Virus record (IMG/VR): IMGVR_UViG_3300035183_000733
Span: 26,496 to 90,495 of that record
Origin: a virus
Length of the DNA: 64,000 nucleotides
Direction: 5' to 3' (one strand)
Shown: piece by piece, positions 56,382 to 64,000 of the stretch
Position numbering within the stretch: the stretch's first letter is position 1
Layout of the letters: every line of letters starts with the position of its first letter
Notes under the pieces: model-generated
What the model saw: the letters and a program-made list of their open reading frames with translations, nothing else
Told to the model about the DNA's origin: nothing
The model's database searches: none
Made by a program: the position numbers and the translations under genes

Positions 56382-57041
56382 TTAATGATGGTTGTCTATA
56401 GCAGTTGGGACCCGCTTGTCCATTATCTTCTTCAGTTCATCGAAGCTATACGGATAAAGATTGTTAGTATCAACTCCTACGTCCATGGTCCTTGCATTTG
56501 GTATCTCTGCAAGAGATCCGTGACTGTGTCCATAAAGGAACCACGAGCCCCTGTGTGACTGGTCCCACACCCTTGCCGAGTAGTGGAACATGCAGACCAT
56601 CTGCCCGTCTATTAGGACCTCCATGTACGAGTCGCACCTCTTGAAATATCTTCTGAGGTTCTCGTCCCTACGGATGTTGTGGTCATGATTACCGTATATC
56701 AGGTACACGTTCTTGCACACGAGCCTGTCCATAAATATCCCGACGTTCTCGCGTCCGCCGAACGCCACGTCGCCGAGAATGAACAGCACGTCCGTCTGTC
56801 TCACCGTCTCATTATACCTGCTCACGAGTGCCTCGTTCATGTCCTCGAGCGTCGCGAAATCTCTCAGTCCATTCTCTTTACAAAACGCGCTACGCGCATC
56901 TCTGTCAGTCCATTTGTTGTATGGTGTAGGCCAGTCCTCTGGCTTAATCCATGAACTAACCCCAGCCGTGATGTTTTTGTGTCCGTAATGACTATCGGCC
57001 GAGAAATATACTTGGCATTCGTCAGTTTGTTGTATTTTCAT
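56382..57041 (-). CDS. calcineurin-like metallophosphoesterase
   Basis: FSADSHYGH, ILGDVAFGG, GNHDHN, GHSHG motifs. Confidence 0.75.
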   Translation of the reverse strand: MKIQQTDECQVYFSADSHYGHKNITAGVSSWIKPEDWPTPYNKWTDRDARSAFCKENGLRDFATLEDMNEALVSRYNETVRQTDVLFILGDVAFGGRENVGIFMDRLVCKNVYLIYGNHDHNIRRDENLRRYFKRCDSYMEVLIDGQMVCMFHYSARVWDQSHRGSWFLYGHSHGSLAEIPNARTMDVGVDTNNLYPYSFDELKKIMDKRVPTAIDNHH

Positions 57042-57137
57042 TATTCAATTTTTTAATATTTACCGGCGCACAAGCCGGTGAAATTCCTAACAAAGATACT
57101 ATTTGTTTTTGTGTTAATCCTTGTTCGAAATATAATT

Positions 57138-57767
57138 TTAAATTAGCACTTTTTTACCCGGAGGCAGCTTGAGCGAGAACGATCTCCGGTGGTGCACCGT
57201 GTAACCGTAGTCCGCTATTGCTTGGAGATGGGCCTCCGTTCCATACCCCTTGTTATTTTCCCACAGATACTGGGGGAACTGTTCGCCGAGCTTCGTCATC
57301 AACCTGTCTCTGTACACCTTCGCAATAACCGAGGCTGCCGCTATGTGGAGATACTTGTCGTCGCCTTTGACCACAGTGACGTGAGGTATGTTTCCATACG
57401 GCTTGAACTGATTGCCATCCGACACGATGAGGCTCACGCTATCGTGCCACATAGATAGGCTGTCTATGGCAAGGTGCATCGCCTTTATAGAAGCGTTCAG
57501 GATGTTCATCTCGTCTATCTTGGACGGCGAAACGACCCCGATGCCATACCCAATCACCATGTCATTATCCTCGGCGGTCAAGAACTCGTACGCCTTGTCC
57601 CGCGCCTTCTCGGTCATCTTCTTGGAATCGCGGATGCCATCGTACTTGAAGTTATCGCCGAGTATGACGGCAGCGGCCACTACCGGACCTGCGCAGCATC
57701 CTCGCCCAACCTCATCGGTGCCTATCTCGGTGCCGGAATCGTATTTAAGTTTAAGTTCCATTTCCAT
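57138..57767 (-). CDS. rnhB: ribonuclease HII
   Basis: GTDEVGRG ... DSKKMT ... HHRRSF; aligns along the whole of E. coli RnhB; start reset to Met 78 because upstream residues are not protein-like. Confidence 0.85.
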   Translation of the reverse strand: MEMELKLKYDSGTEIGTDEVGRGCCAGPVVAAAVILGDNFKYDGIRDSKKMTEKARDKAYEFLTAEDNDMVIGYGIGVVSPSKIDEMNILNASIKAMHLAIDSLSMWHDSVSLIVSDGNQFKPYGNIPHVTVVKGDDKYLHIAAASVIAKVYRDRLMTKLGEQFPQYLWENNKGYGTEAHLQAIADYGYTVHHRRSFSLKLPPGKKVLI

Positions 57768-57834
57768 TAAATGAAAAAAGGCCCTAAGTATTTTACCCAA
57801 GCCTCTTGAATTATCAATACAAATATACACATTT

Positions 57835-58548
57835 TTAGAACGGCAGTTCCGGTTCTGCCTCAATAACGCGGAAATAAGAATTGTTATCCCAGTACACATC
57901 CTCTCCGGAATCGAGGTCAAAACTGTCCCTGGAAACACGCACATACACCTTTCCAAATCTGTGCACATCCGAATCTGACGTATCAGCAAACTGTTCAAGA
58001 TCCATCTTTAGAATCCTATCGAGCTTCTGCTCGAACTCGCGCATCAAGGTTGCCTTTAGGTCCGCAACCCTCAGGTCGCTTCTTTCCCACTTGCCCACCA
58101 TCACTCCTGCAGGCTCTATGATAGAGTCCCTGTCGAATCTCGCATCGGCAATGCGATCCAGCTCAATCTTAGTCAGTATCGTCCTCGTCAGTTTGAAGTT
58201 CACCTCGGACGTCGTAGGCGGCAGCAAATAAACACCATGGTTCATGTTCTGCATGTTCTCCTTGAACACCCCAGGTGTGAATGCGATGGAGTATATGCGT
58301 ACCTTACTTCTCGGCTTGAACATGTTGTTAAGCTGAACGGTCACGCACAGGTTACCGTCATCGACCGAACCGTAGACCGAATCGTAGAATGGACTGTCGA
58401 GCACTTCGATCTCGCATCCCGAGAAAAGAGGCATTCTCTCGAGCGCGTCAACAACCCCCCTCAGCTGGTCGCCCTGGTACGTGAATGTGTCGGCGATTGC
58501 CGGACGCATATCCTCATACAGCTTCTGTATTTCGTTATCCTTGAGCAT
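57835..58548 (-). CDS. hypothetical replication-module protein
   Basis: ORF. Confidence 0.45.
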   Translation of the reverse strand: MLKDNEIQKLYEDMRPAIADTFTYQGDQLRGVVDALERMPLFSGCEIEVLDSPFYDSVYGSVDDGNLCVTVQLNNMFKPRSKVRIYSIAFTPGVFKENMQNMNHGVYLLPPTTSEVNFKLTRTILTKIELDRIADARFDRDSIIEPAGVMVGKWERSDLRVADLKATLMREFEQKLDRILKMDLEQFADTSDSDVHRFGKVYVRVSRDSFDLDSGEDVYWDNNSYFRVIEAEPELPF

Positions 58549-59315
58549 CAGTCAACCCTCCCTATTACGATTAAAGTGTCAGACTCCTGTGACTTCACGA
58601 CGAGCTTCGAGTTACCTACCACAAAGGTCGAAATCTCTGGCTCCACCATAGAGAAGTGCTCGTTGAGGATAGCGAAATCTATGTTCGCGTCCTTTGGAAC
58701 ATTGCCGACCTCGTACTCGAACGACTTGCCCTTGAATACCACCTTGCCATCATTTATCTTGATGTTAAGAAAGTCCTTCACTGAGTCGATCTTACACAGT
58801 GAGTTGATCTTGGCGAAAGACTCCTTAGGAAACGGGAAATCAATGACCTTGTCGTCCATGGCAGCCTTCACGATGCGCTTAATCATCTCACTGCTAATGT
58901 ATGTCAACAGCGACAAGTCTGCGCACTCAACCCTGATCCTTAGTGAGTCTGTGTGGAATAGAATCTCAGTGCCAACGTACTCTTCGGATATTACCTCGTA
59001 CTTGATGTCGACGAAAATTTCGTCCGCCTCGGAGAAGTGGTTGAACACATTGATTATTTTGCCGATGTCGAACACCGCAACCTTCATTAGGTCAGCGGGC
59101 ACTTTGCCCTCCAAAACGTCACCTATCGCGAGCTTGGAGTACTTGACTATACACTTGTCGCCGGTGTACGACTTCGCCTGTATAGTATCCGGTGTTATCT
59201 CTATCAGCAGGTTCTTGTCAATGGTGGAGAACCTCTTGAGGAACGATATTAAGTTCGACGAGCTCTTGAGCTTGAACTTGGCGACGTTCGTCTTTGTTTT
59301 TGTAGCGGTAGCCAT
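58548..59315 (-). CDS. sliding-clamp-like protein (gp45-like), tentative
   Basis: size, position next to the topo/pol genes and N-terminal LKSSSNLISFLKRFSTI pattern reminiscent of T4 gp45. Confidence 0.4.
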   Translation of the reverse strand: MATATKTKTNVAKFKLKSSSNLISFLKRFSTIDKNLLIEITPDTIQAKSYTGDKCIVKYSKLAIGDVLEGKVPADLMKVAVFDIGKIINVFNHFSEADEIFVDIKYEVISEEYVGTEILFHTDSLRIRVECADLSLLTYISSEMIKRIVKAAMDDKVIDFPFPKESFAKINSLCKIDSVKDFLNIKINDGKVVFKGKSFEYEVGNVPKDANIDFAILNEHFSMVEPEISTFVVGNSKLVVKSQESDTLIVIGRVD

Positions 59316-59385
59316 GCCTTTCTTATTTGTCTTATTGTTTATACGGTAAACTGATTGTTTGTTTCATCGCGTGCGGCGGAAATTA

Positions 59386-60783
59386 TTAGTCCTCGTCCTC
59401 CTCGATTTCGTCCCCAGTCTCATCCTCGTCTTCACCGTTATACACCTCCACGCCGTCAATGCTCATAGGCTGGTCGTCGAAGAGCGGCACGGACTTCATG
59501 TTGATCTTACCCTTTGACACAAATGTCTTCTCGAGAGCCTTGCACTTCTTGAGCTGTTCCTCTATGGTTTTCTTCTGGTCGCGTATTTGCTTCTCGAGCT
59601 CCTTGATTTCCTCCTCCGTCTTCTTAACCGTCTCCGGTGACAGGGCGGTGAGCTTTATGTTATCGAGGCGTGCCGCTATTTTCTTGTTGTATTTTGATAT
59701 GAATACTTTGATCTCCTCGTTCTTGCGCTTCTTCTCCATCATGAACAACAAGAATTCCCTCTTGGCCCTCAAGTAGTCGAGCTCCTCATTGTACACGTGA
59801 AGGTCGTACACCATCCGGTTGTGTATGACGCGCTCCCTGTGCACCTTGAACTCGTCAAGGTAATCACTTATGCTCTCGTACTCTATGACGGAACCGTCCT
59901 TAACGAATATCAGACCCTCAACCACGACAAGCTTCGTCAGTTTCTCTATATCCTCGCACACCGCGGCAAACGTGGATTTATCCCTCCACCTGATGGTGAT
60001 GTCGACTTCCTTCTTGGAGTTGTTCTCTATCTTGATATAGTTGTCGCCGTGCTTCGCAAGCTTCTCGTGCATCCTTACTATGAACGAATCGTACTTCATG
60101 AGCGGCGGGAGATCACCAATGTGCATGGTCATCTTGGCGTCGTCTTTCTCGAACTGCCCCTCTATGAGCCAGGCCTTGTCGAGACCGTTGTGCTTCTTGA
60201 TGTTGCCCTTGAACCCAACGAAGTATGGTTTAAGCTGCTTGTTCTCGCCGTTCAAGTATTTTATTACGTCATCCATCTTACGAGGCAGGATGTTGGACCT
60301 GTACCCAACCGCGATACCGACGATGTGCGTGTACAACCCTATTGGCACATCGAGATTCAAGAACTCGAAATTACCTTCCATGTTCCTTACGTTTAACGGC
60401 GCGTACTTGTCCAGTATCTCTTTGATATGCGGGTCGCTCTTAACCTTTGTGTACCTGGTGGATGCCGGTCTCGGCCGCACCGGGCTTCCGAAGAATCCGT
60501 CACCTATTATCATGGAGCGCGAGCATCCGAATGGTCGAGCCAGTTTGTTTATAGCCTTCGACAAGCTCATATCGCCGTGGTGATACAGGCCCGTGGCCAT
60601 TACCGACCCAACGAGCGCGACTGTGGTCTGAAACCTCTCGGGCACGTGCAGCAGTATCAATCGCTGAACCGGAGTTATCGAATCGTAGAAGTTCGGGATG
60701 CCGCGACTCTGAATAACGTACATCGAGTACGTGCGGTAGTCCGTATTTATCTGCTCCTTAATTCCTATTGTAGTTATATCCAT
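59386..60783 (-). CDS. DNA topoisomerase II medium subunit (GyrA-like, T4 gp52-type)
   Basis: YSMYVIQSRGIPNFYDSITPVQRLIL matches the GyrA/ParC N-terminal signature with active-site Tyr region. Confidence 0.8.
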   Translation of the reverse strand: MDITTIGIKEQINTDYRTYSMYVIQSRGIPNFYDSITPVQRLILLHVPERFQTTVALVGSVMATGLYHHGDMSLSKAINKLARPFGCSRSMIIGDGFFGSPVRPRPASTRYTKVKSDPHIKEILDKYAPLNVRNMEGNFEFLNLDVPIGLYTHIVGIAVGYRSNILPRKMDDVIKYLNGENKQLKPYFVGFKGNIKKHNGLDKAWLIEGQFEKDDAKMTMHIGDLPPLMKYDSFIVRMHEKLAKHGDNYIKIENNSKKEVDITIRWRDKSTFAAVCEDIEKLTKLVVVEGLIFVKDGSVIEYESISDYLDEFKVHRERVIHNRMVYDLHVYNEELDYLRAKREFLLFMMEKKRKNEEIKVFISKYNKKIAARLDNIKLTALSPETVKKTEEEIKELEKQIRDQKKTIEEQLKKCKALEKTFVSKGKINMKSVPLFDDQPMSIDGVEVYNGEDEDETGDEIEEDED

Positions 60784-60853
60784 TTCTCTCTCTTATTACT
60801 TGTACAATTTGTTCGAAGAAGTACCTTCTTGACCTCCATCGATGTATTCCATG

Positions 60854-62662
60854 TTATTCAAATTCGTTTGACAACCATTTCTTTCTCGGTGCCGAGTCCA
60901 TACCGAATGCCATGTCCAGGAACTTCTTAGCATCCTCTCCACGCTGGATCTGTAACAATTGCTTGTTCGCCATTATGTGCTCCCAATCCTCCTCAGCAAG
61001 AGACCCGAGACCCTTGAGGAACCTAAGACCCTTGTACGATTTCTTCTTGCGCTGAAACTCCTCGAACTCTTTCTTGTCGAAGAAGTACTGCCTGCTTTTG
61101 CCCTCGTCTATAGACATGAGTGGAATCTTAAGCCTGTACAACTTGCCCTCGTCGATTATGTATGGGAACCACCTGTAGAACAAATTGACGAGCAGCGAGC
61201 AGATGTGCCCTCCGTCCTCGTCGGAATCGGACGCTATTATTATTCGCTTGTATGTGAAGTGGTTGCGCTTATTAGGGTCGAGGTCGAGGTCGAGTATCTG
61301 CATCAGTGCTACGATCTCCTCGTTGCCAGACAGGTCCGATACGGAGCGCACGTTGTTTATCTTACCCTTTAGCGAGTACACACCGTCAGTCTTCGTATCA
61401 CGCTTCTGCAGGATAGAACCCATAGCGGACTCGCCCTCGACTATGAACAGGTTCTCTATCCTCCCAGAGGGCGGGAAGTACTTGGAAGACTTCTTCATGT
61501 TTGTCTTCTTCTTAACGTTCCTGAGCTTGTTGACCTCGGTGGACATCTTACGGTCCTCAACCCTCTTCAGGATTTTCTGGAACAAGTCGGTTGTGTAGAA
61601 CTGCTGGAGCCCCCTTCTGAAGTTTTCTAATATGGTTCCCTCAACGTCGTCTCTCGTGGACGCGAGCCTGGTCTTGTTCTGGTCCTGGAACCTCACCAAT
61701 TTCGGCGGGAGGTTGAGCACGAAGAACGTCTCGTAGAAGTGGTGACCAAGCGTGTCGTCGAGCTCCTTGTTGATGTTCTCGTTTATGATCCTCTGATGTA
61801 TACCAGTACACATAGCAGAGTTCACGAACGACAAGGACCCAGACGAGTCATAGCTCTCGTACAGTATCAAGTGTCCGAGCTTTGATTTGTAGACAAATGC
61901 CGATGACGGGTAGAACGGCACGTCGAGCGCAAGCTTCTCGCCATCAAAGAACACCTCGAACTTAAGTGACGCAAGGAACTCGTCCTGCTTGAGGAGAAAA
62001 TTCTTGAATATCATCTGTGTCCTTATTATGTCCTTGTTCCATCTCGCCTTCTTGAATATATCCTTGCGCGGTATGAAACCAACCTTCGTGCCGGTAGTCA
62101 CCTGTATGCCCTTCGACACGGTTGTATTGTTGGACTTGAAGTTATTCCACTCCTTGTGAAAGTATGATTCTTTGTTACGCGTCTCAATGTAGAACTTGCT
62201 CGACAGCATGTTAACGAGCGCAGCACCAACTCCATTAGTACCTATAAGCGCGTCATTTATGTTGTCGTTGTTGAAGTTGGAACCGGCCCTCAGCTGGCTT
62301 ATCGCGGTCTCGATGTTGGTCAGGCCCGACTTCTTGTTTATCGCGGTCCCGTTATGGAATCCTTCTCCGCCGTCGATAATCTCCACGAGGTTGTTCGTCG
62401 AATCGATGGTAACCTTTATGGACTTCATCTTTCCCTTCAGTCGCTTTGCCTCGTCCACCGCGTTGTCGAGTATCTCGTGAAACAGCTTGTAAAAACCAAC
62501 TGATATGTCGTGTTGCTCCATGACTATCCTGCCATCGCGGACGATTGGTATCTTCTCCTCGGTTAGCTCCACTGCACCGACATACATAGTCGGTCTCTGT
62601 AATACGTGCTCGTGCTCGTCGAGTACTACTATTTCCTTATTATTAGACTGTTTGCTTGACAT
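60854..62662 (-). CDS. DNA topoisomerase II large subunit (GyrB-like, gp39+gp60 fused type)
   Basis: GHKL ATPase motifs (LHEILDNAVDE, DGGEGFH), GTKVGFIP, Toprim IIASDSDEDGGHI. Confidence 0.85.
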   Translation of the reverse strand: MSSKQSNNKEIVVLDEHEHVLQRPTMYVGAVELTEEKIPIVRDGRIVMEQHDISVGFYKLFHEILDNAVDEAKRLKGKMKSIKVTIDSTNNLVEIIDGGEGFHNGTAINKKSGLTNIETAISQLRAGSNFNNDNINDALIGTNGVGAALVNMLSSKFYIETRNKESYFHKEWNNFKSNNTTVSKGIQVTTGTKVGFIPRKDIFKKARWNKDIIRTQMIFKNFLLKQDEFLASLKFEVFFDGEKLALDVPFYPSSAFVYKSKLGHLILYESYDSSGSLSFVNSAMCTGIHQRIINENINKELDDTLGHHFYETFFVLNLPPKLVRFQDQNKTRLASTRDDVEGTILENFRRGLQQFYTTDLFQKILKRVEDRKMSTEVNKLRNVKKKTNMKKSSKYFPPSGRIENLFIVEGESAMGSILQKRDTKTDGVYSLKGKINNVRSVSDLSGNEEIVALMQILDLDLDPNKRNHFTYKRIIIASDSDEDGGHICSLLVNLFYRWFPYIIDEGKLYRLKIPLMSIDEGKSRQYFFDKKEFEEFQRKKKSYKGLRFLKGLGSLAEEDWEHIMANKQLLQIQRGEDAKKFLDMAFGMDSAPRKKWLSNEFE

Positions 62663-62975
62663 GATAAAATTCGAGTACGTTTTTGATTGTGTCCATCAGT
62701 ATATTGTTGTCGACCGACATCCCGGAATGTACCGCCTTACCATCGAAGAACAACGGCGACCTGTTACCGGAGGACATGCAGTAAAAATATGATTTTCTTT
62801 CGGAATTAGAAACTACGAGGTGGATCCTCTCGTCCAACCACTCACAATTGAATGTCGGGTAAATGACGTAATGATCCTTACCTGGCAAGTCGTTGCCAGG
62901 CGGGACGCGCCATAACTTATACGCAAGACCTTCAGATACAAGGTCCATGACGTTTTCAATGTGTATATCAACCAT
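62643..62975 (-). CDS. hypothetical protein
   Basis: ORF overlapping the topo gene start by 20 nt. Confidence 0.4.
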   Translation of the reverse strand: MVDIHIENVMDLVSEGLAYKLWRVPPGNDLPGKDHYVIYPTFNCEWLDERIHLVVSNSERKSYFYCMSSGNRSPLFFDGKAVHSGMSVDNNILMDTIKNVLEFYHVKQTV

Positions 62976-63005
62976 GGTAATTTTAGGTCAATATACGAAA
63001 AAGTT

Positions 63006-63392
63006 TCAGATTAAAATCCGCATGTGGCGCTTGAAGAAGCGTTTCCACTCTATAAAAGTTTCCTTGTGGTTCATCGTGCCACCAACGTATAGGTACTGAT
63101 ATTGGTGAACCATCTCGTGCGCAAGTGTGGATATGAAGAGCTCCCGGTTGTCGATTGTCTCGTTGATGCTTATCACTATCTCGTTACCATTGTCGCCCTC
63201 ACAGAGACCCCATGCGCCGCGTAAACGGCGGATCTTGAATACCGGCATTGGGAGCTTGTTCCTGAATGCGGCCCTGTTGATCACCCCAAACCAGTACACG
63301 ATGTGACGATCGGTGAACTGGAAGTCATTCCCGTTCTTGTATCGCGTCACGTGCGACTTAACCTTCTTCTTCGCTGCCGATGAGCTAAGCAT
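63006..63392 (-). CDS. SprT-like zinc metalloprotease domain protein
   Basis: LAHEMVHQYQ (HExxH) preceded by RRLRGAWGLC, typical of the SprT domain. Confidence 0.6.
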   Translation of the reverse strand: MLSSSAAKKKVKSHVTRYKNGNDFQFTDRHIVYWFGVINRAAFRNKLPMPVFKIRRLRGAWGLCEGDNGNEIVISINETIDNRELFISTLAHEMVHQYQYLYVGGTMNHKETFIEWKRFFKRHMRILI

Positions 63393-63457
63393 AGTTCCTT
63401 GAGATGGTTAGTTTTGCTGGGTTTGGGTCTTTATCCCATATCTTATATATCAAATAA

Positions 63458-63482
63458 AAAACCGGCCCTAAGCCGGTTTTCC
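63458..63482. terminator. rho-independent terminator
   Basis: AAAAAACCGGCCC-taa-GCCGGTTTTCC. Confidence 0.6.
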
Positions 63483-63525
63483 ATATTTTTACAAATTTTA
63501 TTTACTTAGTAACTTTAAGCCTTCT

Positions 63526-63849
63526 TTAATCCAGAAAACCATTTTTCAACCATCGGTGTAGCCATTTTCCGAGTCCGGGTATTTCGGATCCTGGGAAATT
63601 TTTCTCGCCGCTGTGCAACGAATACCTGGACCGGACGAGTACTGCGCACTGATGCTGCCGCAAAAGAGGTAAAACGTTTTTTTCGCAGCGCCAAAGAAAG
63701 AAATCTGCGCCACGGTTTTTGTCATCGTCTAAATGGACAATTCTTACCCACCCTATCCGTCCATTATCATAAACTTTCTGCTCTGCTTGTTCTTGATTTT
63801 CTGCTCCACATATACCATATTCGTGTATTAACCGTAGTGCCTTTTGCAA
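63526..63849 (-). CDS. hypothetical protein
   Basis: ORF. Confidence 0.35.
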   Translation of the reverse strand: MQKALRLIHEYGICGAENQEQAEQKVYDNGRIGWVRIVHLDDDKNRGADFFLWRCEKNVLPLLRQHQCAVLVRSRYSLHSGEKNFPGSEIPGLGKWLHRWLKNGFLD

Positions 63850-63852
63850 TTA

Positions 63853-64000
63853 CACTTATCAATTCATTTTGAAGTGCTTTTCCAGCGGCTCGTGCGGCTC
63901 AGGAGTAGCATCGTCGCTGCGACACCCTTCATTTTGAAGTGCTTTTCCTGGTTGTAGTTTATATGAAAAAGGCTGCGACACCCTTCATTTTGAAGTGCTT
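63853..64000 (+). repeat. three direct repeats with core TTCATTTTGAAGTGCTTTTCC running off the window edge
   Basis: cores at 63864, 63928 and 63984; copies 2 and 3 share a 32-nt unit gctgcgacacccttcattttgaagtgcttttcc. Confidence 0.6.

Noticed and set aside
1-64000. Genome-wide TAG-to-sense recoding suggested by the CUA tRNA
   Set aside because: All long ORFs in the window are intact under the standard code, and TAG, TAA and TGA all appear as terminators; there is no positive evidence here, though it cannot be excluded for other genome regions.
1-64000. Nucleocytoplasmic giant-virus origin (aaRS, SET, collagen-like repeats, histone-like protein)
   Set aside because: UvsX, separate GyrB-like and GyrA-like topo II subunits, RNase HII, a GH19 endolysin, intrinsic terminators and ATGA gene coupling indicate a tailed phage.
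63853-64000. CRISPR array
   Set aside because: Only three units, unequal 64/56-nt periods and a 24-nt spacer; kept as a generic repeat.

Overview
This 64 kb window reads as one stretch of a large virulent dsDNA phage genome with T4-like replication machinery (about 50% GC, compact genes on both strands, ATGA start/stop overlaps, many rho-independent terminators). All calls are made by eye from the sequence. Hand-derived tRNA coordinates are good to about +/-3 nt. Several CDS starts were re-picked internally where the listed ORF ran on into a neighbouring gene or a tRNA.

Layout from 5' to 3':
- 1-37 kb is an accessory region of small unknown ORFs. It holds seven tRNA clusters (16 canonical tRNAs including an amber-suppressor tRNA with anticodon CUA) and about 10 degenerate tRNA-like elements. 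Four clusters sit behind a repeated promoter / short-ORF / terminator cassette.
- The same region carries auxiliary genes: GluRS, thioredoxin, an ECF-type sigma factor, a ParB-like nuclease, a UvrD-like helicase, a GH19 endolysin, a SET-domain methyltransferase, an RRM RNA-binding protein, a GltB-like FMN domain protein, a Pol-beta-type nucleotidyltransferase, a DnaQ-like exonuclease, a minimal ABC-type ATPase, an AAA+ ATPase and a YiiX-like peptidase.
- It also carries a Lys/Ala-rich histone-H1-like small protein and three decayed host-like genes: an ArgRS N-terminal fragment beside two tRNA-Arg genes, a frameshifted adenylate-kinase stub, and a frameshifted Smr-domain ORF.
- 37.8-47.7 kb on the minus strand is a tail-fibre / host-range cluster of paralogous proteins built on long (Gly-X-Ser)n collagen-like tracts, with perfect in-frame tandem nucleotide repeats.
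- 51.5-62.7 kb is a replication/recombination module: UvsX-like recombinase, a family-B DNA polymerase represented only by its C-terminal half (motifs B and C), a calcineurin-like phosphoesterase, RNase HII, a sliding-clamp-like protein, and topoisomerase II medium and large subunits.
- The window ends in SprT-like and unknown genes followed by direct repeats that run off the edge.

The most unusual items are the suppressor tRNA(CUA), the family of degenerate tRNA-like minihelices, the split polymerase, and the SET / histone-like pairing.
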